From Deltaproteobacteria bacterium (GTDB lineage: Bacteria; Myxococcota_A; Polyangia; JAAYKL01), in NCBI GenBank assembly GCA_029565915.1, contig JAKQNG010000296.1:38-64037 (forward strand): a DNA stretch of 64,000 bases. Reading direction: 5' to 3'. This document shows, one piece after another, positions 9,600 through 18,442 of this stretch. A program made the position numbers and the translations under genes. The stretch's first letter is position 1, and each line of letters starts with the position of its first letter. Below the pieces are notes generated by a model, which was given only the letters and a program-made list of their open reading frames with translations, had not been told where the DNA came from and did no database searches.

Positions 9600-9938
9600 C
9601 TACTGATTTCTGAGTGCGTCGAGTTGCATTCTGAGCAGCGGGAGGCTCTCAACGACAATCTGCCAGATGATTTCTATATCGATACCGGAATAGTCATGGA
9701 CAATCCGATTGCGCATACCAGCCATCTGATGCCAGGGAAGAGATGCATGCCGGCTGATAAAATCCGATGGCATCTGACGGGCCGCCTCTCCGATAATTTC
9801 GATATTCCGGACCACCGCGTCGACGGTCCTGTCATCCGCCAGGAACTGCTCCCGGGTCATCCCCTCGCAGTAGCGACCAATCCGTTCCATCGCGATGTTC
9901 ATGTCGTCGATGAGAATATGCGGATCCCGCTCAGACAT
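9600..9938 (-). CDS. HepT-like HEPN ribonuclease toxin (DUF86)
   Basis: DAVVRNIEIIGEA, MRNRIVHDY (RX4HxY). Confidence 0.92.
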   Translation of the reverse strand: MSERDPHILIDDMNIAMERIGRYCEGMTREQFLADDRTVDAVVRNIEIIGEAARQMPSDFISRHASLPWHQMAGMRNRIVHDYSGIDIEIIWQIVVESLPLLRMQLDALRNQ

Positions 9939-10230
9939 CCTGCCGCTCCAGTTCAATCTGCCTGAGCAGACGGCCGCGAAGGGCCCGGGTTGAAACCAGA
10001 TCGACCGGATGTCCGAGCAAGGCCTCGAGTTCATCACCCAGTTCCACCATGCGAAGACCGATTTCGGGTTTCACATCAACGAGTATGTCAATGTCGCTGT
10101 GTTCCCCTGCCTCGCCGCGAACGACGGAACCGAACAGCCACATGGCGCGCAGCGGAAACTGTTTCTGCAGTCGCGGTTTTTCACTGCGGAGTACTCTCAG
10201 CACATCTTCTGTGTTCATGGAAACCGGCAT
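9931..10230 (-). CDS. minimal nucleotidyltransferase (MntA-like antitoxin)
   Basis: FGSVVRGEAGEHSDIDILV (GSX10DXD), VDLV; overlaps the HEPN gene. Confidence 0.92.
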   Translation of the reverse strand: MPVSMNTEDVLRVLRSEKPRLQKQFPLRAMWLFGSVVRGEAGEHSDIDILVDVKPEIGLRMVELGDELEALLGHPVDLVSTRALRGRLLRQIELERQDV

Positions 10231-10401
10231 GAAGCATGCATATCATTCCCGCCTCTGAAACTCAATGACCCGGTCCCGCGACGCCGACAGACCGGTCTGT
10301 TCCCGCCTGCCAGAAAACCTGAACCGCAGGGGTTCCTGTACGACACCCGGAGGCATCCACGATGATTCAGGTGTTGAAACCGATGTCGAACGGTCAGCGG
10401 G

Positions 10402-11694
10402 TCAGGCGTGGTCGAGTTCGGCGGTGGCCGCAATGGCGGCAATGGTGCCGTCCGCCACGGCGGTGGTGATCTGGCGGTACTTCTTGTGCACGATGTCGCC
10501 GGCGGCAAATACGTGGGGAATACCGGTGTGCATCGATTCGTCCACGACGAGATATCCCCATTCATCCGTGGTCAGTTCATCGCCGAACCGATCGAGGTTG
10601 GGCTTCATGCCCACAAAGACAAATACGCCATCGCAGGCAATGTCGTGCCGCTCCTGCGTCTTCAGGTTTTCCACGCGCACGGCGTTTACGGTTTCCGCGG
10701 ATGCGAGGAAGGCCCGGGGTTCGTGGGACCAGAGCACCTGTATGCCGGGATGGTCGAGGACCTTCTGCGCGGAGACGGCATTGGCCTGAAACCGGTCGAA
10801 CTGGTGGACCATGGTGATGCGCGTGGCGAACCGGGCGATGAACAGGGCTTCCTCCACGGCGGAGTTGCCGCCGCCGATGACCACCGCGTGCTTTCCTTCA
10901 AAATACTTGGCGTCGCAGGTGGCGCAGTACGACACGCCCTTTCCCCGGAACTCCCGCTCCCCCGGGATGTTGAGCAGCCGCGGGGAGGTGCCCGTGGCCA
11001 GGATGATTTTTTCTGCGAGGATGGTTTCAAGGCCGTCCACGACGATTTCCCGTCGGTGGAGGTCGACGCGGGTGACATCGACGGCGGAGCGGAACTGCGC
11101 GCCGGCGGCCTTTGCCTGTTCGGCCATGTAGTGGGCCAGCAGGTACCCCGGCTGGGGCGTCACGAACCCGGGGTAGTTGGACACCTGGTGGGTGATGCTG
11201 ACATTGCCGCCGGGCAGGGCGGTGTCGATGACCAGGGTATCGCGCTTCGCCTGGGCCGCATAGATCGCCGCGGCCAGCCCCGCCGGTCCACCGCCGATGA
11301 TGGCCACATCCACCCGGGTGTCCGTCGAAGGTGCAGCGGCAGCCAGCTCCGCCGCCCGCTGGTCGGGCAGCAGCGCGTGGAGGTTGCGGGTGAGGTCGGC
11401 CCGCCGGATGCCCCCCGTCAGCGTGTCACCGGTCCGTTCGCCGTTGCGGAAAAAAATAACGGTGGGTGAGCCGGTAATGCCAAGGGAAGTGGCCAGCTCC
11501 CGGTTTTCCTGCCGGAAAATTTTAATAAAGGTCACGTCGTTGCCGTAGATGCGGGCCAGGGATTCGTACTTGGCGGCCAGGGCTTCGCAGGGCGGGCATT
11601 CGGTGGAATAAAAATCCACCACAACGGGGCGCCCGGATTCCAGCACTTCCTTCTGCCAGTCGGCCTGACCGATGGTCAAAATGATATCTGACAT
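10402..11694 (-). CDS. thioredoxin - thioredoxin reductase fusion
   Basis: N-terminal Trx CPPC; TrxB motifs GGGPAG, GVSYCATCD, GGGNSA, FAAGD. Confidence 0.92.
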   Translation of the reverse strand: MSDIILTIGQADWQKEVLESGRPVVVDFYSTECPPCEALAAKYESLARIYGNDVTFIKIFRQENRELATSLGITGSPTVIFFRNGERTGDTLTGGIRRADLTRNLHALLPDQRAAELAAAAPSTDTRVDVAIIGGGPAGLAAAIYAAQAKRDTLVIDTALPGGNVSITHQVSNYPGFVTPQPGYLLAHYMAEQAKAAGAQFRSAVDVTRVDLHRREIVVDGLETILAEKIILATGTSPRLLNIPGEREFRGKGVSYCATCDAKYFEGKHAVVIGGGNSAVEEALFIARFATRITMVHQFDRFQANAVSAQKVLDHPGIQVLWSHEPRAFLASAETVNAVRVENLKTQERHDIACDGVFVFVGMKPNLDRFGDELTTDEWGYLVVDESMHTGIPHVFAAGDIVHKKYRQITTAVADGTIAAIAATAELDHA

Positions 11695-11697
11695 GGC

Positions 11698-13011
11698 TCA
11701 ATCCTCTTCCTTCTTGCCGCGCACGCGGCCGTCTTCTTCAAAGTAAACGGGAAACCCGGCTGCGGCGATGTCCGCCACGGGCCGGCAGTCCGGAGAATGC
11801 AGGTGGCCGTGGGTGTTTCTGGCCACCGCTCCGCAGCCGCCGCCGCAGACGAGCGCCGCGGCACAGCTGCGACAGGACTCGATGGCGAGGACGTCCCGGT
11901 CCTGCCAGAGGGCGATGGCCGCTTCGTCCCGCTGCACCACCGGGAAAAATGTGCCCAGCTCTTCGCCGGGCTTTCCCACCGTGGCTGTGCAGGAGAAGAT
12001 GCGGCCCAGGTGGTCGAAGGCCCATTCGGTTTTGCAGCCCGGGCAGCTGTCGAAGACGGGGTCCGGCAGCTCACCGGTCCGGGCCAGCGTGCGGACGAAA
12101 TGAAACGACGGCGCGTGGAACGCCATCACGTGGGGGTGCGCCGCGATGATGTCGGCCAACTCCCTGGCCAGCTCCAGCCTCGACAGGATGGCCGTTGCGC
12201 GGTGCTGGCAGGCGTGGAGCTCGTAGTTGCGCCCCAGCTGGGTTTTGAACAGGGGGTCCGCGGTCCATCCCCGGTCAATGGCGAACCGCGCCAGGTCGGG
12301 CAGGTTGTCGAGGTTGTCCCGGTCCACCACCATCCGCAGGTTGACGGGAATCCTTGCCGCGAGCAGCTGGTCCACGCCGCGGACGATCTTTTCAAAGGTG
12401 GGCCCGCCGTCCTTGCGCGGCCGCCGTCGGTTGTGGAGGTCCTCGGTGCCGTCCAGGGTAACCTGCACCTCCCGGATGAAACTGTCTTGCAGCACGTCCA
12501 GGTATTCTTCGACAAAGTAGCCGTTGGTCACCACCGCGGTGGTGGTGTGCCGGCGGGTCGCGCCCGCAAGGAAAAAGGTCACCGCATCCCTTGCGGATGC
12601 GCCGGGCAGCAGGGGCTCTCCGCCAAAAAGGGTGAAGTACCGGCGGCGTCCCGCAAAGGCGTGTTCCACGTAGTCGAACAGGGCGTCGATGACCGGCCGC
12701 TGATCACCACCGCCGCCCTGCAGGTAGTCCGCCTGGTAGCAGTAGTCGCAGTCGAAGTTGCACGCGTAGCCGGGCACGTAGAAGAGCTGCACCTCGTCGG
12801 TGTCGCGGGCATCAAGGAATTCGAGATATCGGCGGCGGAACTGGGCTTCCTCCTCCGGTCCGAAGGACGGGTCGTCGCTGGACGCGCGCCACGTTTCCAT
12901 CTCCGCGGCGCTGAGCAGGTGGGCGGTTCCCGTGAGGGCATTGGCAATCAGGCAGGACCCGTCGTTGCCCACGGGCGCCACCATGTCGTACTTCGACCGG
13001 CGCAGCGGCAT
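11698..13011 (-). CDS. radical SAM/SPASM peptide-maturase-like enzyme
   Basis: CNFDCDYC, FGGEPL, TNG, SPASM CPGC..FSC..CRSC..CGGGC..C; possible N-terminal RRE-like region. Confidence 0.92.
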   Translation of the reverse strand: MPLRRSKYDMVAPVGNDGSCLIANALTGTAHLLSAAEMETWRASSDDPSFGPEEEAQFRRRYLEFLDARDTDEVQLFYVPGYACNFDCDYCYQADYLQGGGGDQRPVIDALFDYVEHAFAGRRRYFTLFGGEPLLPGASARDAVTFFLAGATRRHTTTAVVTNGYFVEEYLDVLQDSFIREVQVTLDGTEDLHNRRRPRKDGGPTFEKIVRGVDQLLAARIPVNLRMVVDRDNLDNLPDLARFAIDRGWTADPLFKTQLGRNYELHACQHRATAILSRLELARELADIIAAHPHVMAFHAPSFHFVRTLARTGELPDPVFDSCPGCKTEWAFDHLGRIFSCTATVGKPGEELGTFFPVVQRDEAAIALWQDRDVLAIESCRSCAAALVCGGGCGAVARNTHGHLHSPDCRPVADIAAAGFPVYFEEDGRVRGKKEED

Positions 13012-13068
13012 TTCTGCATCCTTTCGCAAAAAAATCTCGGTGAAACCGGCGCGGGGCCTCCGGCGGCG

Positions 13069-13218
13069 TCAGTCGTGGCAGCCGGCGACGATTTTTGAAT
13101 TCTTGGCGCAGCACTGGGCGCGGGAACCGGCCTTGTCCGCTTTGCCCGACGGGGTCTTGTCGCGTTCGCGCTGGTTGCGGGCCGTTTTGTCGGTTGGTTC
13201 CTTCGTGAGTTTTTTCAT
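13069..13218 (-). CDS. 49-aa Cys-containing peptide, putative RiPP precursor
   Basis: Translated by hand: MKKLTKEPTDKTARNQRERDKTPSGKADKAGSRAQCCAKNSKIVAGCHD; AGGAG RBS; ATGA overlap with methyltransferase stop; lies directly before the rSAM gene. Confidence 0.85.
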   Translation of the reverse strand: MKKLTKEPTDKTARNQRERDKTPSGKADKAGSRAQCCAKNSKIVAGCHD

Positions 13219-13898
13219 CGGTTGTTCTCCTGTGGGTCAGAGGGTCGGCAGCCGCAGCCACAGCCGGGCCGCACGCCGCAGACGGTAAAACTGGACACTT
13301 CAATTTTTCCCTTCGGGTAGGGGTCGCTTTCTTCGAGGATGCGGATGTCGGCAAACCCGGCGAGTTCCAGGGTGGCGAGGTATTCGTTGCGGGTCACTGC
13401 CCCGGCCCAGCATTCGGCCACGGCCGCCGGGTCGTTGCGGTACTCCTGCGGCACGGGCGCGGACGAATAAATGTCGCTCACCGCAAATCGGCCACCGGGT
13501 TTCAGGATGCGTCGGATTTCGCGCCACACGGCGGGTTTGTCCGTGGCGTGGTTGATGGTGCAGTTGGAAATCACGAGATCGGCCACACCGTCGGGGAGGG
13601 GCAGTTTTTCGATGGAGGAAGCGATGAACTCCACGTTGGATGCGCCCGTTTTCTGTGCGGTGCGGCGGGCGACCGCGAGCATGCCGTCCGCCGTGTCGAT
13701 GCCGAAGACCTTTCCGGTGGGGCCCACGGCTTGCGCCATGCGCAGCACGTCGGTGCCCCGGCCGCTGCCGATGTCCACGCAGGTTTCGCCCTCCTGCGCC
13801 TTTGCGAAATTCAGCGCACCGCCGCAGGAGAGGCAGCAGGATGACGCGGCCAGGCCGCTGTAGCGCTCGTCAATTTTCTGTCGGATGGATTCGTTCAT
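13215..13898 (-). CDS. arsenite methyltransferase (ArsM/AS3MT)-like SAM-dependent methyltransferase
   Basis: CCLSCGG, DIGSGRGTD, ISNCTINH, LKPGGRFAVSDI, ECWAGA; CGCGC tail. Confidence 0.85.
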   Translation of the reverse strand: MNESIRQKIDERYSGLAASSCCLSCGGALNFAKAQEGETCVDIGSGRGTDVLRMAQAVGPTGKVFGIDTADGMLAVARRTAQKTGASNVEFIASSIEKLPLPDGVADLVISNCTINHATDKPAVWREIRRILKPGGRFAVSDIYSSAPVPQEYRNDPAAVAECWAGAVTRNEYLATLELAGFADIRILEESDPYPKGKIEVSSFTVCGVRPGCGCGCRPSDPQENNR

Positions 13899-13973
13899 GG
13901 GACCTTCCTTCGCCCGGCTGCCGGACGAGTGTACCACAGGGAGCCGCCGGCCCAATCACCGGTGTCAAAAAAG

Positions 13974-14921
13974 TTATTCGATAATGATGGATTCGAAACA
14001 GGCGATGTTGGTTTCGATGCGGAAATTGGACTGGCTGGTATGGCGCTCCGCGTGGAACACGTCCATGGGGTAGGAATTGCCCGGTTCGATGCCCAGCTCG
14101 CCGGCCTTGGCGTCGAAGTCGATGGTTCCCTCGTAGGGCCAGTGGAGACCGCCCAGATCGAGGGCGATGCGGTTGTTGACGAAAATCCACAGGTCGTCGT
14201 CGCCCCGGAAGGTGAACACCTGGCCTTCTTCGTACTGGAACTCCAGATGGATTTCGGTGGTGAACAGGAAGTTGCGCAGCTCGCCGTCGTCGTCCACCTG
14301 GCCGGACTCGGCGCCGAACCCTTCGCTGTTGCCGATGGGGAAGAAGGTGCTGTCGTCATAGACAAAGGAACCGCTGCCGCTGTCTTCGAGGGTGAGCGTA
14401 TCCTCGATGCGGACGTTCACGCCGTCCACGTCCGTGTACCACTGGGCAAAGCTGGAAGCGCTGTCCCACATGGGGATACTGCCCCAGGCAGGGCCCGTGG
14501 GGGTGCTGGTGGCGTTTTCGAGAAAACCGCCGTTGGGACAGGTTTCGCCGCAGGCGGGGTCCGTGGTCTGGTACTCTCCCTGCAACTGGTTGAATTCGGG
14601 CTTGCGGCTCGCGCCGAGGACCGGTCGCACCATGCCCTGGCATGGGCCCCAGCCGAGGTCCGCCCGCTCGAAGTCCACGTGGTCCGAGGTGAAGTCCCGG
14701 TAGACCACCTGCAGGGTGCTCTCGCAGTCGCCGTCCGAATCGCTGTCCGAGTCCGAATCGCTGTCCGAGTCGGAGTCGGAATCCGAATCGGAGTCGCTGT
14801 CCGCATCCCCGGGGCCGTCGTCGCCCGGCCGCTCGGTGCCGCCGGTTTCGCAGGACGTGCCGGCCAGGCAGAGGAGTGCGCACGCAAGCGCGATCAGATG
14901 AAATGAGTGGTTGGTTGTCAT
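13974..14921 (-). CDS. fibro-slime domain lipoprotein
   Basis: Signal ending AGTSC, DS linker, [45 protein letters not shown]. Confidence 0.9.
   Translation of the reverse strand: MTTNHSFHLIALACALLCLAGTSCETGGTERPGDDGPGDADSDSDSDSDSDSDSDSDSDSDSDGDCESTLQVVYRDFTSDHVDFERADLGWGPCQGMVRPVLGASRKPEFNQLQGEYQTTDPACGETCPNGGFLENATSTPTGPAWGSIPMWDSASSFAQWYTDVDGVNVRIEDTLTLEDSGSGSFVYDDSTFFPIGNSEGFGAESGQVDDDGELRNFLFTTEIHLEFQYEEGQVFTFRGDDDLWIFVNNRIALDLGGLHWPYEGTIDFDAKAGELGIEPGNSYPMDVFHAERHTSQSNFRIETNIACFESIIIE
14727..14807 (-). repeat. Asp-Ser dipeptide coding repeat
   Basis: 6-bp period encoding DA(DS)nDGD with synonymous codon variation. Confidence 0.9.
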
Positions 14922-14940
14922 GAGAACTCCTGATGGCCGG

Positions 14941-15828
14941 TTATTCCACCGGCGGGACAAAGCATTCGATGGTGGTCTCGATGCGGAAGTTGGATTCGAG
15001 GGTGTGGCGCTCCGCGTGGAACACGTCAAAATCGTAGGTGTTGCCGGGCGTGATGCCCAGGGTGTTGGCCATGTCGTCAAAGTCGATGATGCCTTCCTTC
15101 GGTTCGTGGGTGCCGCCGAGGTCGAGGGCCAGCACGCCGTTCACGAAGATCCACAGGTCGTCGTCGCCTCTGAAGGTGAAGGTTTCGCCACCCACATATT
15201 CGAAGGCGGAGTGGATTTCGGTGGTGAACAGGAAATTGCGCTGTTCGTCATCATTGTCGAGCTGGCCGTCCTCTGCGCCGAAGCCTTCGTCGAGACCCAG
15301 CGGAAAGAAGCTGCTGTCGGAAAAGACATACAGGCCGTTGTCCTGTTCTTCGAGGATGATGCCCTTTTCGATGGCGATGTTGGTGCCGTCCACATCCCGG
15401 TACCAGTCGTTGAAATTGTCCGGTGTGGGGTCGCCCAAGTCAGCGGGCCAGTCGTTAATGTCGTAGCAGGTGTCGTTGGGGTGGACCCAGCAGGCGTCGT
15501 CATCGTCGTAGACCGGATTCTTGTCGCTGTCGAGCTGGGGTCCGAGCAGTCCGCGGATGACCGCGTTTCCGGGGTTCTCGATTTCGAAGTCGCTGTGACT
15601 CGCCTTGAAATCCCGGAAGGTGACGGGGAGGATGCCGCAGTCTGAGTTGATCAGTTCCGGATCGTCCACGATGCCGTTGCCGTCCGGGTCAATGTCGCCG
15701 TCGCTGTCAGAATCGCTGTCCGCATCGCTGTCGCCGTCGCCGCCGGGGGGTGGATTGGCATTGTCCGTATTTGAACAGGCCATCAGCAGGGCGCAGATGA
15801 AAAACGCGAAGAATGGTTTTTGTGTCAT
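14941..15828 (-). CDS. fibro-slime domain lipoprotein, paralog
   Basis: LLMAC lipobox, DS linker, [28 protein letters not shown]. Confidence 0.9.
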   Translation of the reverse strand: MTQKPFFAFFICALLMACSNTDNANPPPGGDGDSDADSDSDSDGDIDPDGNGIVDDPELINSDCGILPVTFRDFKASHSDFEIENPGNAVIRGLLGPQLDSDKNPVYDDDDACWVHPNDTCYDINDWPADLGDPTPDNFNDWYRDVDGTNIAIEKGIILEEQDNGLYVFSDSSFFPLGLDEGFGAEDGQLDNDDEQRNFLFTTEIHSAFEYVGGETFTFRGDDDLWIFVNGVLALDLGGTHEPKEGIIDFDDMANTLGITPGNTYDFDVFHAERHTLESNFRIETTIECFVPPVE

Positions 15829-15999
15829 GGCATGTCTCCTTGGGGTAATCAATCGGTACAAAGTTAATCCATTTTTATTATATCTGCATTGAATTCCAGC
15901 CGGGGATTCTGTTCGAAAAGATGCGCGAAATGAGCAGAAATGGCAACCGGGGACGGGTTTCGTTCGAGTTTCACAATGACCGCATCCGGGCGGACTGGG

Positions 16000-17415
16000 C
16001 TACCTTGCGAAGGTGTCGAACAGTTCGTTGAACGCAGACCGTTGCGGGATATCGGTCATGGGAGCGAGGGTTGCATCCGGCGTCACGGTGCCTTCCACAT
16101 CGTCCACCCGGCAGACCACCGCGTCCCCGCCTGCACCGAGCTGCAGTTCTTCAAATGCGGTCATGTAGAAATCGTGGGTGAACACGGCGCCGTCCGCGGA
16201 ACGGTAGGACAGGGTCAGGGTCTTTTCCCCGGCGGGCCCCGGCGGCGCGATACCGTAGTACCGGGCATGGACATCGTCCGCCGTGGGGGTATCGATGCTC
16301 TCCGCATAGTCCGCGTAAATGAAGGCCAGGAAGGTTCCGGGATGGTCGTCGTGGTCCGCCCGCGCGGTCACGATTTCCGTGTCCTGCGGGATAACCAGGA
16401 TCAGCCGATCGGTGCCGGGATCCCCGAAGATTGCATCTCCCCATCCGCCGCCGCCGAAGAAATTGGGACCGAGCCAGCGATCGTCCAGAACCTCGTCCAC
16501 ATACCACACCACCACATCGTTTCCGTAGCCGCCGTACACCCGGAAGTCCCGCATGTTCCCCTGCAGGATGACCATGTCGTCTCCGTCGGCCAGGTCCGTC
16601 GTATCCGTCCGCCCGGCGAGGCCGTTGCCCAGGTCGATAGCCGCCGGCCCGAAGTTCCGGATGAACACCAGATCCGAGCCGGGGCCCGTGTGGACCGTGG
16701 TGCCGCTGATGTCGTAGGTGTTGAGGGGAAGGACATTGTCGGAGCCGAGGATGACCAGGTCGTTGTCGAACAGGGCGCCCCGGGTGTCCGAACCGGTCCG
16801 CAGGTCCACGCTGGCGCCGGTGGCATAGCGCAGCATGTCCGGGCCCTCCCCGGGATTGATCCCGGCCGTGGAGGACAGGTCGCCCCCCGGTGCCAGATCG
16901 AAGATATCCACGCCGGGGCAGCCTTCCCAGTTGTCCGCCCGGTGATCCATCTCGACAGCGCTGCCGTCGAGGCTGATCATCCGCCAGCCGAACACGCGGC
17001 CTTCGCCGTCCGCCAGCGCTTCGAAATCCACACCCCGATCCACGAACTCGTTTTCGTAGATGGCCAGTCCCTCGTCGCCGGGGCAGTCGCATTCATTGTC
17101 CCATCCCCATGTGCCCGGGGGCAGGGTTGGATGGGTTTCGTCGAACATGCCGTCGATGGGAAACTCCGACGGTGCGGGATTCCAGCTGCCGTCCCAGGAA
17201 TACGCATTGGCGAAAGACGGATCCGCCGGGGGCAGGCCGGTACTGTGGAAGGGCGGCACCTGGTATTCCGGTGTCTCCTCGTCCGACGCGTCGTCCCCGC
17301 CGCCGCAGCCGGCCGTCCCGAGGCACCACCCCAGGCACAGGAGAAACGGCCATCGGCTGTACGACAGCTTCGTCCGATGAACGCGTGAAATCATCGCGGG
17401 CATCCCTTTCGCCAC
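16000..17415 (-). CDS. acidic lipoprotein with RTX-like GxGxD motifs
   Basis: LGTAGC lipobox; GPGSDLVF, GGYGNDVVV, GDPGTDRLIL; start uncertain. Confidence 0.75.
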   Translation of the reverse strand: MAKGMPAMISRVHRTKLSYSRWPFLLCLGWCLGTAGCGGGDDASDEETPEYQVPPFHSTGLPPADPSFANAYSWDGSWNPAPSEFPIDGMFDETHPTLPPGTWGWDNECDCPGDEGLAIYENEFVDRGVDFEALADGEGRVFGWRMISLDGSAVEMDHRADNWEGCPGVDIFDLAPGGDLSSTAGINPGEGPDMLRYATGASVDLRTGSDTRGALFDNDLVILGSDNVLPLNTYDISGTTVHTGPGSDLVFIRNFGPAAIDLGNGLAGRTDTTDLADGDDMVILQGNMRDFRVYGGYGNDVVVWYVDEVLDDRWLGPNFFGGGGWGDAIFGDPGTDRLILVIPQDTEIVTARADHDDHPGTFLAFIYADYAESIDTPTADDVHARYYGIAPPGPAGEKTLTLSYRSADGAVFTHDFYMTAFEELQLGAGGDAVVCRVDDVEGTVTPDATLAPMTDIPQRSAFNELFDTFAR

Positions 17416-17452
17416 AGGTCGCTTTCCCGCCCTTGTCTGACCATCCCGCCAA

Positions 17453-18442
17453 TCAGTTGGCAGCGCAGTCGGTGACGCAGGCCGCTTCGTCGGCGCTGCA
17501 GGCCTGCCGGCAGGAAATATAGCCGGCCATGTCGCCGGGCCAGGTGTCTTCGCATTCCCATTCGCAGGTTGCGCGCGCGGCCGAACAGCTGCTGCTGCAG
17601 AGGTAGATGGAATCGTAGCCGGCGCAGCCGTAGTAGCTGTCGCTGCAGTCCGTGGTGCAGGCGGCGTCGGTGCCGTCGCAGCCCTGCTGACAGGTGGTCA
17701 CACCGGTCAGGCACGGGCAGGCGCTCATGCACAGGCTGAAATCGCTCTGACACGAATACCCGGCCGTTTCGCAGTCCCACACGCAGGACGAATCGTCCGG
17801 GCCCGTGCAACCGGCAAGGCAGGTGGCGATCTGCTCTTCACAACCGGGCAGGGACGCGGCGAATCCGGCGGCGCAGGTGCGTTCGCAGTCTTCGTTGGCC
17901 GGATCTTCCACGTGCTCCGCGGCGGTGTCCCAGGTGCCCGTGCATTCGTCGAGGCAGGGCACCTCGTCGGCGCTGCAGGCCGTCCGGCAGTTGGTGTACT
18001 GCGTCATGTCCGCAGCGGTTTCGCAGTCGTAGAAACACATGCTTTTTACGCTCTGGCAACCGAGGGCGCAGTTGTAAGGGGAGAGATTTTCCGTGCAGGA
18101 CAGATAGCCGTTATTGCAGTCCATGAGACAGGCAGTGTCACTCTGCGGACAGTTCCGCGCGCAGGATACCACCCGGTCCGCGCAGGGACAGTCGGCGATG
18201 CACCGCGTGAAGTCCATCTGACAGTTTCCGGCCAGATCCTCGCAGTCCCACACGCAATCGTAATCGTCGAAGGAGGTACAGGAAGACAGGCACTCGTTCA
18301 TCCGATCGTCGCAGTCGGCCACCCGCGACGCATAGTGTTCCACGCAGCTCTCTTCGCAGGTGAGATTGTCGGTGCCGTCGCCGCGACATCCGGTCAGCAG
18401 GACGACAATCGCGCAACTGATGAGTGGATGACGGTTGCTCAT
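17453..18442 (-). CDS. Cys-rich lipoprotein with two internal ~140-aa repeats
   Basis: LLTGC lipobox; two aligned repeats of 24 Cys each, mostly CX3C. Confidence 0.85.
   Translation of the reverse strand: MSNRHPLISCAIVVLLTGCRGDGTDNLTCEESCVEHYASRVADCDDRMNECLSSCTSFDDYDCVWDCEDLAGNCQMDFTRCIADCPCADRVVSCARNCPQSDTACLMDCNNGYLSCTENLSPYNCALGCQSVKSMCFYDCETAADMTQYTNCRTACSADEVPCLDECTGTWDTAAEHVEDPANEDCERTCAAGFAASLPGCEEQIATCLAGCTGPDDSSCVWDCETAGYSCQSDFSLCMSACPCLTGVTTCQQGCDGTDAACTTDCSDSYYGCAGYDSIYLCSSSCSAARATCEWECEDTWPGDMAGYISCRQACSADEAACVTDCAAN

Noticed and set aside
9600-10230. HEPN-MNT pair as a novel system
   Set aside because: Canonical, well-described TA family; listed as features only
17453-18442. 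Multiheme cytochrome
   Set aside because: Cys spacing is CX3C with no CxxCH
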